Part shown: positions 14,000-27,448 of the stretch, piece by piece
How positions within the stretch are numbered: the stretch's first letter is position 1
Layout: every line of letters starts with the position of its first letter
Source: the human T2T-CHM13v2.0 reference genome, Homo sapiens
DNA length: 64,000 bases
Reading direction: 5' to 3' (one strand)
Assembly (NCBI RefSeq): GCF_009914755.1
Contig: NC_060925.1
Translations under genes and position numbers: made by a program
Notes under the pieces: model-generated
Told to the model about the DNA's origin: nothing
Database searches by the model: none
What the model saw: only the letters and a program-made list of their open reading frames with translations

Positions 14000-15359
14000 A
14001 CCAACTTACAAACTTACCTCCATCTAGAATCAGATTTTGTTCTCCACTGCAGAAAACCTGCTGAGGCCTTCCCGTCACATTAGAATAAAACCCATACCCC
14101 TTATTCTCCAGTCTGAGGCCTTCTGCCTCTCCCTGAAATTCTCTGTACCCCACTCACTCTCTCTGCCCCAGCCACACTGGCCTTCTCTTTATTCTTTGAG
14201 CACAATTGCACTAGGTATTCTCTCTTTTGAAATGCTCTTCCTACAAATTATTCTTTGCCTGTCTCCTTGACATTCAAGGCTCAGCCCTCTGTTGTGCTTC
14301 TCTGACTCTTGTCTGAAGTATCCATATTCCAGGGTACTCTCCAATACAAAACTGTGTTCTATTTTCTACAGACCACCTATCACCATCTAAAACCTTCTTG
14401 CTTATTTATGTACCTGTTTGTTGTTTGTTCCCTCACTGGAATACAAGTTCCATGAGTGCAAGACCTTAATCTGCCTTATTTCCTGATTTGAGTTCCTATC
14501 AATAGCCTGTAATTTGGAATTCAATAAATATGAATTGAAATCTTGGTATGTTTCCTCCTATAACAATGAAAGAAGTATCCATTCTGCTGACAAATTCAGC
14601 TCCTTTTCCTGTATTCATGATCATGTTCCATACCCTCTTGCCTTTGCAAGGACTTTACTTCTGCAGATATCTCCTACCTTGCATCATCAATGTACCTCTT
14701 TCTGTATGATCATCCCCACCAGCATTTAAGTATACCCCAGGAAATCCTTTATGGACCTTCTCATGACCCACTGGAACTCCATTTTCCTGTCCCTCTTCTT
14801 GTTCTTCTCAGCAAAACTTTTCATTGACTACTTACTCAAATTTCGTTATCTCCTTCTCCACTTCAGACAGGCTTCTTCCCCACAGTCTCCTGAAGCTGTT
14901 TCTTGCAATGTCGCTACTGACCCTTATGCTGATAAATCCAATGGTCATTTTTCTATGTTAATCTTTCTCAGTCTTTCAGCAAAAACTGATGACTTCCTTT
15001 ACCTTGAAACCATTATCATTCTCATCTTCCAAACCAAGACACTCTTACCTGTTTTTTCCATACTTCCCTGTTGTCTCTTAGTCTTTTTTGTTCTATCTCT
15101 AAATATTAGAGGGTCTTGGGGCTCAGCCCTGAGCCTCTTCTTTCTTCATTTCTTCTTCCTAAAAAACCTCAACTCATCTTGTCTCATGGCTTTGAATACT
15201 ATTTATATGTTGATGACTCATATTTATTATCTATAGTTCTGTCCTCTCTCCTGAGCTGCAAACTGCCTACTTGGCATCTTGATGTGGATGCCTAGTGTGT
15301 TAGATATACCAAGTCTGAATGGAAATGATTCTGAACACAATTCCCTACCTCAAGGCCAC

Positions 15360-15418
<59 letters not shown>

Positions 15419-16225
15419 CTTTTTCAGGCTTTCCATCCTCAGAACAGGGTAATTCTATCAATTGTGTAGCCCAAGTCAGAAGTCTAGAAGTCAGGAATCC
15501 TCCCATTTCCTCAGCCCCACATGTAAAACAACAAAAAATCTTGCCAATTCTATTTCTAAAATATATCCACTGCTCAATCCTTTGCCAAGCTTCATTTTTT
15601 TTTTTTGGCCCTAAACTGTACTCTTTGCTTCTAAAAGTAAGCAGTTCGATCCACTCTCTACCCAATTGCCAGAATATTCCTTTAAAAATGTAAGTCAGGC
15701 CTTGTGATTCTCCTGCTTGAACTCTCCAATGACTTCTATTCAGGATAACATTCACATATCTGTGGTCTAAAAAGCCCTTCATGATCCCTCCTGCTGAGTT
15801 TTCTGACTTGATCGTGGACCATTCTGCTTTGCTCATTGCATCCCAGCCACACTTGCCTTCTGTCTGTCCCTGGAGCATACCAAATCCATTCCTCCTGTTA
15901 GGCCTCTGCCTAAAATACTTGTACCCAGCAATTTGCCTGGCTGCTTCCTTCTTCCTTCTTGTCCTTCAGTCACAACTTAAATGTTGCCTTTTCACAGGCC
16001 TTCCTTAACCATCATAACTGAAGTTGCATGCCACCCTGTCCCTTCTCCTTCCAGTGCATTACATTGTGACATATCACTCTATTTCATATTTCATGTTCAG
16101 CACCTTCTTATTTATTTCCTGGTATCTATTTACAGTCTGTCTCTTTCTGTTGGATTATAAATTCTATGAGGGTGGGAACCTTGTCTCTGATGTTCACAGA
16201 TACATCTCCTGTGCTTAGGACTGAA
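14000..16225 (+). mobile_element. LINE-2 fragments with a (CA)n run at ~15358-15416
   Basis: Pyrimidine-rich L2 body; L2 3' ends near 14440-14540 and 16140-16225. Confidence 0.65.
16172..16178 (+). promoter_or_regulatory. CR2: RBPJ/CBF1 motif GTGGGAA in intron 1 (candidate CR2 intronic silencer site)
   Basis: Exact core motif ~4.5 kb into the gene. A CBF1-dependent intron-1 silencer is known for CR2, but identity with this site is inferred. Confidence 0.45.
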
Positions 16226-16226
16226 C

Positions 16227-16689
16227 TTTGGTTAATATGCATAACTGTTGTTAAACTAAATAACAAACAGGGAAAGACCCTAAAAAAAAAAGATATTTGT
16301 TTGGGAATAGAACATTGCAATGGGAATATGTGTGTGATTATGAATTGTGTGTATATTCAAGGAAGTAAAAGAAGACAAAGGTTTTTAAAGGAAAAATATG
16401 AGGATTACATAATTGTTTTAGAATAATTATCCTTGGCTACAAAGACCAATAACAAGGGTGATGCCAGTTTGAGGTTATACAGGCAGATGCCGGAAGGATG
16501 TTCTTGTAGGGTTGCAGTGGCTTTTGTGCACGGTTGTGGTTTTTCAGTCTTTTATGATAGTTTGGGTTAACAGGTATACAAGCATGAGAACCCTATTTTC
16601 ATGGCCTTCCCTGGCTTTCTGAAGGTGTTTTTTGTTGTTTTTTTTTTTATTACATTAGTGACTCTATTTTGATTCTGACAACTTTCACA
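16227..16689 (-). mobile_element. ERV1-class solo LTR (MER65-like)
   Basis: Reverse complement begins tgtgaaagttgtcagaatcaaaatagagtcac; TG...CA termini. Confidence 0.6.
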
Positions 16690-18929
16690 TCATCATTCAA
16701 AACTTGCTTATCAAATAGGCAGGAAACCCAGTATTAAGGTATTTGATTATATGAATTATCAGTCTCAATAATGATTTTCCCTCCTACCTGCTTTCTGACT
16801 AAAATTTCAGTTTTATTTTTATTATCCTATATGTTTGTTTTTCATCCATTTCAAATGGATTTCCAAGCCATTCCAGGTAAAGTCCCTGGGCCCAAGTAAT
16901 TAAATATATCTCTGTTCATTTAACTCAGAAACTGCTTCGCCTGTTAGTTTTAAACATGGTTGGAAGGATATGTGTCTGAATGTCAAGTCACCATCTTTGA
17001 TCTTCAATCCAGTCATGATCTCCTCTGAGTTTTACTCCTGGCTACAGAAAGATGTGAAGAGGGTCCAGTGACCCTCAAGAAAATTTGTATTACTTGATGG
17101 CCCATGGCTTAACCTTCCCTTTTCTGATATGATCTGCCTTGTGACTTGGGATTCTGGCTTTCGTTACTAATGAGGATTGATGTTCCCAAAGGAAGATAGC
17201 CCTTAAGTCTCCTTATTGGAAATGAGACCCTCCCATTTTTTATCATCCAGAAAGTGTGATCCGTATCTCCTTTCATCATGGAAAGTTATGCTGTGAAGCA
17301 CCCTTCTGCTTTTGCTATTTCTGGATCTTCATTCCATCTTCGTCCATGTCATTGCCACTGATTAAATCGTGTAAATTTAAATTGGTTTTCCAGCTTGTGG
17401 AGGATAATTTGATATTGTCCTTATTTACATTTGATAATTACAGATTAAGTCACTTGACTAGAGTCACTAGTACAAGTAGTATCAGGATCATGAAGTTTGT
17501 CTTCATTGAGGTCAAACCCTGATATTCCTTATAGAATCTTGCTATTTTGCACAGAGTAAGCACTTGGAGACTTTTGTAGTTGTTAATGGAGAAAACTAAA
17601 GAAACTGAGGAAATAAATAGAAGGGGACCTATAGTGATATCTGGCTCCCAATAATGATGCCTATTCTTAGAACCAGTCTTTGTGACTTCTCCAGTAGTAG
17701 TTTGGGGTCACAGCTAAGGTCTGGCTGTGTTTTGGGAGCTTTGTGTGTGACCTTGTGTCAGTTCATCCATGTTTATACTTTGACTTTCACCCGTACCTGT
17801 CTCAGACCTGTTTGAAAAAGGAGATTATAAATTTGATATTTAAATACACTGCTATTCTAGGAGGGCCTTACAACTGAGTACTTTCTTTTTTTGCCTGGAC
17901 TACCATCTGATCTGGAAGAAGAGTTAACTTCTTGTTTTCTGCTTGTCAGTTTAGGGCGTTGAAACTTGAGCTCGTTCTCATACATAGAAAAATGACTTTT
18001 CCAGCTATATCCCTAAGTGTATCATTGCTATAGTTTCTTACCTATCTCCTAGAATAACTTCTGTTCCATTATTAATAATAATATTGTTACTTTAAGTCAC
18101 AGGAATCTGTGTTGAAATGACTGTCCCTTTATCTAGTTCCCATCAGAAAGTATTTACTGAGTTCTCTTTGGTGGCATATTACTCTACTAGATTAACAGAA
18201 TAAAATAATGAAGAATAATCAACATATTTTCTCCTCTCTAGGCATTAACGGTTTAATAGCTAAGATAGTTATGTAAATTCATTAAAGTAATTTTCAGGAT
18301 CATATGTGTACTGAGCTTTTACAAGATCTCTTATATACTTTAGTTTCTTATGCTATCCTGGGAAAGTTTGTATTTAAAGATTTTTACCTTTTTGTCCCAC
18401 AAATTCACAAATAGCGTACATTAGTTATGTGCAGTTTTTTTGTGTATAAATAAGACCTCATTGAAGCTGGGAAAAATATTAATATCCGCTCCCCCTACCA
18501 CCCTTATAAAAAAAAATCAAAACATATGTAATCATCCTTCAAGGCCCTTGCCACATGCCTTTCCTGTTTTCCCCAGACTCTGACCTCACTGTGAAAAAAC
18601 AAGCAAACAAACTAAAACCACTAATTTTTACTTGTAAGGGTGAAGGAGATGGAACAATTCTGAGGATTTTCTGAAATTTTATGAAAAATTACTTTCTCCA
18701 TCTCTGAAGTCTACCCTAAAAATTCTCTGAACCTCTGAGCTTATTTCTGTGTATATTCACCCTTACTGCAATGATATGCATTCTTCATTCCATAAAATAT
18801 TGCCCTATTTTAGACTTTCATTCTAAAGATCAAAGTTTTCAGGATAATTGGTAACAAGGCAGAAGCAGAGAAGAGGTTTTAGCCTCTCTTGGTTTTTATG
18901 TTTCTGTAGCCTTTGTCTCAGGTCCTCAG

Positions 18930-19109
18930 GTCAGGGTAAGTTTCTGCCAAGGTTTCCTTTTGCTAAGCCTAAAATTCAGAGTAACCAATCTTAAGTTTGC
19001 TGTTGAGATATCTTGCAAATACAAATGCTTTCTTGGGTATATCAAGAGGCATTCTTTATCACCTCCCTAGAGATCTTCAAGTGGTCAGATGCTCAGCAGT
19101 TCTGTAAAG
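18930..19109 (+). pseudogene. pseudo-exon 1: decayed CR1-like SCR1 (GQGKFLPRFPFAKP...KWSDAQQFCK)
   Basis: AG/GT flanks; 180 nt, same as CR1 exon 2 in this window; Cys1>Gly, Cys3>Ser, +1/-1 frameshifts with TAA at 18992-18994. Confidence 0.88.
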
Positions 19110-20451
19110 GTGAGTAATCCTGTAATAGAGGCATATTTGGGTCTGTCGCTGTATCTGGATGAGATAACATGTTATGTTTAAGATAAAAGACCAGTAAATT
19201 CACATGTCATCTCAAGTGAAGAGGGCTCCTGAGTGCTCCATGCTTCCTTTTACTCCTAGGGGCACTGGGTATGAGGGTTAAGTCATGATAGCTGGCCAAA
19301 CCTATTCATCCTGTGATCTTTATGACTTTGATCTATGGTATCCATACTGTGTTAGGGTGAGGTTAGAAGTTAGAGACAAGAGATGTTAATATTACCTCAT
19401 CCTCATCCCATTCAATTCAAAAAATACTTTTAAGTAACTACTAGATACTAAGCTCTAGACCAGACAGTGGGGCCTGGGAGTGACATAAAAATGAATCTGA
19501 TAGTCTTTGCCTTTGAGAAACTCCTACACTAGTTGTAAAGGCCGACTCTTAAATATATATTGTACTATGAGGTAGTTCTCTTATTTAAGAAGTGCTATGA
19601 GGTCATAGAGAAATAAATCATAAATGCTACCTAGAAGAATTAGAGAACTATAGGCCCTCTGAGCAGAGGAAACAGCATTTGCAAAAGCATAAGTGTGCAA
19701 GAACATGATGTCTCTGGAAAAAATCAGTGTTGTTGGAGTATAGGCTACATAGTGAGGAATGGTAGTTGATTAAATGGATTGGAGCTTACTTGTAAAAAAA
19801 TATATGCATTTTTTCCCTATAAACAGTGGTAAGTCATAGTAAGTTTTTAAATGTGCAGAGTGGCATGACCACATTTGTGTTTTAGAAAGATAAATGTGCA
19901 GTAGTATAGAAGGTGTACCAGCCCAAGGGAGAACAATTAGAAAAGTAAATTATGTCATTCAGTGATCCAATGAGAGACTACTGCAATGACAAAATAGTTG
20001 GTTTGGAGAGAGATTTCTGGAGTCCAGTCACTAAACTTCAGTAAGTAATTGAATGAAGAGAAGAGAGTAGAGGATGAGTTAGAGGATGAGTTACAAAAAG
20101 GAAATGATCACTGTGAGATTTTTAAGGCAGAAGACTTGGTAGATGATATCATAGATTAACAGAATATGTATAAAAATGGAAAATGAAGACTATAAGTTAT
20201 AACTGACCACAAATAAAGTTGGCATCCATGCACAGAAATGCAGACTGTGTGCATTAAACAAGTAGTGTTCTAGAGTTGACTGATCCGTTGGAAAGTTTTG
20301 TAAATGTAAGAATTTCTGTGAGTAAACATAAGCAGGCCTGTCAGCAAGTCCAGTCAGGTTGAGATTTAATATAAAACACAAAAAGTCTCCAAAAAGTCTC
20401 CTGAATCCCAGCCTCAAATTCTGTTTGGGTTGATTTGGTTTTCTTTTGTAG

Positions 20452-20551
20452 ATAAATCATGTGTGAGTCATAGAGAACTCCTTTAGGACTCTGTGATTAC
20501 ACACATGGGTATTGCATTTGGGTTGACAATGACATATTCTTGTAATAAAGG
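20452..20551 (+). pseudogene. pseudo-exon 2: first half of split SCR2 (KSCVSHRELL*DSVITHMGIAFGLTMTYSCNKG)
   Basis: 100 nt, phase 1/2 like CR2 exon 4; ttttgtAG acceptor and GG|GTGAG donor; in-frame TAG at 20484-20486. Confidence 0.88.
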
Positions 20552-20952
20552 GTGAGTTGGCAGGAGACAGTTCCTGGGTACATGGATACCAGAACAGCAG
20601 TTCCAACCAGAAACCATCACTCTTCCAAAAGAGATCTGAGTAATTGCCACATACTTTTTAAAATAAATAAGCAAAAAGGAATCACCTCCCTGATCCACTC
20701 CAGAGACACTGCTTCAAGATTACCAGCTAGAGAGGATCCCTAGAAGAGAAGGAAGTTTTGGCTGCTCTCTTCCAGTTTTAAGTCTCCAGTGCTACTGACC
20801 AGGAGCTTGAATTTCATTTGGCTTTAAATTGTATGAGTCCTTAATCTGTCACCCCTGCTTGTCATAAATGATATTCTATTCTCTGCTATTCTTTCAGTAG
20901 AGAAAGAACTAAGTTTTTCTAAAATGTAAGTCTAGCTGGGAGATGATCACTC

Positions 20953-21028
20953 TTTATTTTTATTTTTATTTTAAGTTCTGGGGTACATGTGCAGGATGTG
21001 CAGTTTTGTTACAGGGTAAACGTGTGCC
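20953..21028 (-). mobile_element. very short L1PA 3' terminal fragment
   Basis: T-rich tail followed by ttaagttctggggtacatgtgcaggatgtgcag..ttgttaca..taaacgtgtgcc. Confidence 0.8.
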
Positions 21029-21056
21029 GCGAGATTTCTTATCTCTTTGTCTTTAG

Positions 21057-21142
21057 ATATCTACTCTTTGGTGACTCATCTGCTACATGTATTATCTCAG
21101 ACAATATTGTAACCTGGGATAATGACATGCCTTTTAATGAAT
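21057..21142 (+). pseudogene. pseudo-exon 3: second half of split SCR2 (YLLFGDSSATCIISDNIVTWDNDMPFNE)
   Basis: 86 nt, phase 2/1, ctttAG acceptor and T|GTAAGT donor, open frame, final Cys replaced by Asn. Confidence 0.9.
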
Positions 21143-21699
21143 GTAAGTAAAACAATCTCTTTATTGCACCCTATTTAATTCCTCTTGTCCCCTTCCAGAG
21201 GGAAATTGAGCATCTGCACACCAAAGTGAGTAGCCAGGAGGGTTTACACTTGGTTTGAGTAGCTCTAGGCACACAGCTATGACTTACCCATCTTCCTCAT
21301 GGCCCCCAATCCTACCACACGTTCCTTTGTTTACTGTCCTTTGATTATAAGTTATTTCATAGTGAGTAAATGCTTACATCTAAAACATTCCAGGAGATTA
21401 CACACTGCCAACTTTATTCCATGCAAAAAGTAAGCCACCCTAGGTCCCTTCTATAACAATTTATCTGTGGTCTGGGGCGGGGACTGGTGACCAGCTCATA
21501 GCTTTTCGGTTTTTATCAGCCAGTTCCATATATCTTTTGACCTTGCTACTTCCTATTTAGAATCATCTTTGAGATCAGGATACAGAATTTCAACAAAATA
21601 GGTAAATTGTAGGCTGAGTTGCAGTTTGGATTGCAAGAATGAAGAGAAAATTCTCAGAAAGTATAATATTCTCTCTTTCCCCACCTACTCCTTAAAAAG

Positions 21700-22093
21700 G
21701 TATTCCTTGTAAGTCACTCCCAGCCATCCCCCATGGGACTTTGACAGCAGCAGCAGGGAGAGGGGTTTGCTATGAAATCATCAGTGCCATATTGGATGTA
21801 ATAGGGAAAAGCTGTTTGACCTCTTGGATGAGAAGTCAATGCATTGCACCAGCAAAGATAATCAAGTTGATGTCTGGAGCTCTGGAGCAACCCTCCTCTT
21901 CAGTGTATTACTCTTACTTGAATGCTCAATTATAGAAGTTGAAAATGGAGTTGTGGAATCTGGATTATGTTCATTTTTTTAAAATGATACATGATATTTA
22001 AGTGTAAGCTTGGTTTTACCCTGAAAGGCAGCAATGTAATATGGTGTCAACTAAACAGCAAACAGAATCCTCTACTGCCAAAGTGCTTCAGGG
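21700..22093 (+). pseudogene. pseudo-exon 4: decayed double SCR3-4 (IPCKSLPAIPHG...REKLFDLLDEKSMHCTSKDNQVDVW...IFKCKLGFTLKGSNVIWCQLNSK..PLLPKCFR)
   Basis: AAG acceptor, G|GTGAG donor, 394 nt (cf. 387-408 nt double-SCR exons); several frameshifts, a stop and an 8-bp duplication. Confidence 0.92.
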
Positions 22094-22210
22094 GTGAGTT
22101 GGGCTGAAACTTCAGGATCTAGAAATAAAACAAGGTTTTTCTGGGAAATAGATATATGGTACCTATGGAAAGAGCAGAAGGAAGATAGTATATGTGGTTG
22201 AGTTTTCTAG

Positions 22211-22549
<339 letters not shown>

Positions 22550-23685
22550 TAAAGAGTTTAAAAGTAAACTTTGAAAGTAATATCTAAATGTTGCAGATGT
22601 AGGACTTTTTCTTCTTTTGTATTTTGGGGCAGTGCTAGATCTGTGTTATTGTAGGGGAAATTAAAAGATGCTTTTTTAAAAAAGCAGATAGCACCAAAGT
22701 CAATGATTAGAGATTTTTTCATACATATATATATATAATTATCACATCTTATCCATAGGTGTGCTTTGAACATATATATGCCACTCTTCTCTGTCTTCTG
22801 GAATGCAGACCAAAGATGTTAAATTGATTCAGTTGAGTATATATTATACTGCAGATTCTATATGTATAAAGACAACAGTTCTCGAAAGTTACCCTTACTG
22901 AAACCAAGTATAGCACTGATGTGATGAAACAGTTTGGCTGTATCTTCTTATGTCAGTTTTCACTGAAGACCTCCTCTTGGAGCCAAAGGGAAGTTAACTG
23001 AAAGTTCTAGAGGTTGGCAATTTTCCCTTTATTCTGAGACTCCCTCAGAAAAGGCGTGCATAACAAAGTAAATGTAAACAATATCCTTCATGGTTATTAG
23101 GACAAGTAAATGAAGAATATGAGGCCATTATTCAAAACCTCTGTTCACTTCCTGTGGCTTTTTCAAAGTGTTCCAGCCTCAAGTCAGGACAAATCACCTG
23201 TACTGAGGCTCTAGCATCTTCAGCAGCAGGACCAAAAGTGGTCATCTCAGCCTGTACCCCCAGTTGTGTGTTTGAAGCAGCCATTGAATAATTAGTATGT
23301 TCCAGGTATTGTACTTTCTCTGTTCATGTACTTTTAGCACTGGATTCTCACTATACCTTATGAAGTAGTTTGCGTTATACTATAGACTAAGAAACTGAAG
23401 CTTAAAGAGAGTAAGACTTGCCTGAGGTCACACAGCTATTGAATGACCGTGGGGAGTTGAAACTAGGTCCACTGAGCTCAAATTTCCCTAATCCATGGTA
23501 CCTCCCCACATGTAACTATCATGCCACTAATATGTTATTTTCATGTGCTGAATTTGCCTTTTGTTTCATTATTAAAATTGATTAGACTCAGAACTTTTGG
23601 ATATATTCTTTTCATTATTATTGTTTGGTCAAGATGATTTATGTTGATCTGTTTGCTGAGGATGAAGAAAAAGGTAAGAATTTAG

Positions 23686-24300
<615 letters not shown>

Positions 24301-25554
24301 TGAAGGACAAACATTGTGAACATGTAATGATGAGGGTGGAAGAAGGAAACAAGGGAAAAGGTGAAAGTTATGGCTTCTTCGTGGAGGCATATAACTGCTC
24401 GTTCAAAAAACATCAATTGAGCAAAGGAGTTTAAAGTACATGGAAAAATGTAATTAAACATACCTAATAATTGAGTAGGGTAAGTTTTGCAAGGATGGGG
24501 TCAGAGTTTGTTGGGGATGTGGGAATGGGGTGGTTTTCAACTGTATATCTGTGTTACTGTTAAAATGAGAAGAACGGTGGGATCTTATAGCAAAAATACA
24601 CCCAATGGATTTGAAATTAATGTATAAGTAGCTGCTAACACCGTCTAGCACAGGTGATATCCTGCTCTCTGTGGTCTCTGTAAACATGTTTTGAAGTTAT
24701 CCACTATTTCCCCAAGTCATCTTCTGAGCCATCACATTTCAAATAAATGCCTTTGAAAATAGGGACCTACTGTAAATTATTCATTCCTTCTCTTTTGGTT
24801 TGGTTTATGTTGCTGCTGAAATATAAATCTGAATTTGAATTCCACAATTACAAGAAATGGCAATATTTGACAAAAATTATACTATCAAATTAGGTATTTT
24901 CTTAATAAAGAACAATATTGACAAATTTTAAGCAGATTAAAGAGCTGACAAAACTGTTAAATTAGTATAAAATGGGATTCTGTTTATTGATTGATTGATT
25001 GATAAATAGCCTTGGAGGAAGGAGATCTTAACGATAGTTACAAAGGGCAATGGCTGCTGAAAACAGTTAAGCCTTTGTAACAATTTAGACAGACATATAT
25101 GTATGGACATGGAAGGATATCGTATACATGTCGCTAAGTAGAGGAAGTAAGGCATAGAATATGTATTAGTTGTACACACACACATAATATAGGTGTATAT
25201 ATGTATCATGCATAGGATCCCAATAAACTATATTGCCAATATCTACCAGGATAGCCCTTGAAATGATAGCATGCTACTTTTGGAACAGAGAATAAGCTTA
25301 AGGATAGGGTGAGAATATAGGTGAAAATTGACTTTTTTTGGTAATTGAAATTTTTCACAAGGCAAATGTAATTCATATAGTGTAACTAAAAATGAAAAAT
25401 AAGGTACTATTTATGGCTATTTGTGGCATAAAATGGATACACTTAAACCACACCTGTTTGATCTTTAAAAGACTAGGTTGAAAGTTAATACCAACTGGCT
25501 ACCATAGATCATGTGTCATTTATTTAAATCCATATCCTAAGTCAGCATCTCGAT

Positions 25555-25778
25555 CAAGCTTGTCCAACTCGCTACCCGTGGACAGCATGTGGCCCAGGAT
25601 GGCTTTGAATGTGGCCCAACAGAAATTCATAAACTTTCTTAAACCATTATGAGATTTTTTTTTTGCAATTTTTTTAGCTTATCAGCTATCATTAGTGTTA
25701 GCGTATATTATGTGTGGCCCAAGACAATTTTTCTTCTTCCAATGTTGCCCAGGGAAGCCAAAAGATTGGACCCCCTTG
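25555..25778 (-). mobile_element. MER30 (hAT-Charlie MITE)
   Basis: caagcttgtccaac...gggaagccaaaagattggacccc terminal inverted repeats and the MER30 body; ends ~60 nt before exon 3. Confidence 0.85.
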
Positions 25779-25840
25779 ATTCTAGATTGTGAAGGATGCA
25801 TCATCTGACGGCTTTTTTTTCCTGGTATGTGTGTGTAAAG

Positions 25841-26029
25841 TTTTCCCTCTCGAGTGTCCAGCACTTCCTATGATCCACAATGGACATCACACAAGTGAGA
25901 ATGTTGGCTCCATTGCTCCAGGATTGTCTGTGACTTACAGCTGTGAATCTGGTTACTTGCTTGTTGGAGAAAAGATCATTAACTGTTTGTCTTCGGGAAA
26001 ATGGAGTGCTGTCCCCCCCACATGTGAAG
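25841..26029 (+). CDS. CR2: CR2 exon 3 (SCR3)
   Basis: [15 protein letters not shown]...VPPTCE; AAG acceptor; 189 nt. Confidence 0.96.
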
Positions 26030-26113
26030 GTACCCTAAATTTACAATCTATTTTAAGAATCTGGGCTGTTCTGTTATTTGCCATGCATTTCTCATCTTTG
26101 GTTTGTTTTTTAG

Positions 26114-26213
26114 AGGCACGCTGTAAATCTCTAGGACGATTTCCCAATGGGAAGGTAAAGGAGCCTCCAATTCTCCGGGTTGGTGTAACTGCAAACTTTT
26201 TCTGTGATGAAGG
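26114..26213 (+). CDS. CR2: CR2 exon 4 (SCR4, first half)
   Basis: [13 protein letters not shown]...FFCDEG; 100 nt. Confidence 0.97.
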
Positions 26214-26446
26214 GTGAGTGTCAGGATTATTTATGAGATTTAATTCATTTGTCTTGTGTGTGCGTGGTGTGGACTGTGAAACCTGCAGAAGTCTCCTCTG
26301 TGAGGATCTCTGGGCAGTCTGGGGTAGGGTTGTGAGAGGTAATGCTGATAAAAGGAACAGATGCACACTGATTGAAATGAACTTGTCTTGAATTGTAAGT
26401 AGAGGCTGCTGTTCTTCAGCACAAACTGCCTAATAGTTCTGAATGA

Positions 26447-26593
<147 letters not shown>

Positions 26594-26929
26594 TAAAAGC
26601 TTTTGGTTCAGTCATTACCTTACAGACTCTTACTGAACACAGAACTCCTAGAGATCTTTAAGGATATGTGCTTCACCAAAGCATCCTTATTTTTTGTTTC
26701 CTCAAGTAAAATGGGGTTCCTAGGCTTTCCCTCCTCTGAAAGCTATGCAGACCTTCTAAGTAGGTAGACCATATGCATAAAGAAAATAGTGTATTTGGTA
26801 AAAGAAATCAAAGGATCAGCAGAGTACATATACTCAGGAATGAAGCTTGAGAATCAATCTTCTAAATTATGTTGCTTTAGCTGCCTTGACTGATTCATTA
26901 TAGACTCGGATATCACTGTCCTAGGATAG

Positions 26930-27448
<519 letters not shown>

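Noticed and set aside
14751-15878. ORFs of 124-177 aa in CR2 intron 1
   Set aside because: They lie in L2 sequence and a (CA)n run; low complexity (THTH/VCVC).
23100-23310. Possible SCR5/6 pseudo-exon remnant
   Set aside because: No Cys/Trp/Gly SCR spacing or matching splice frame found by eye.
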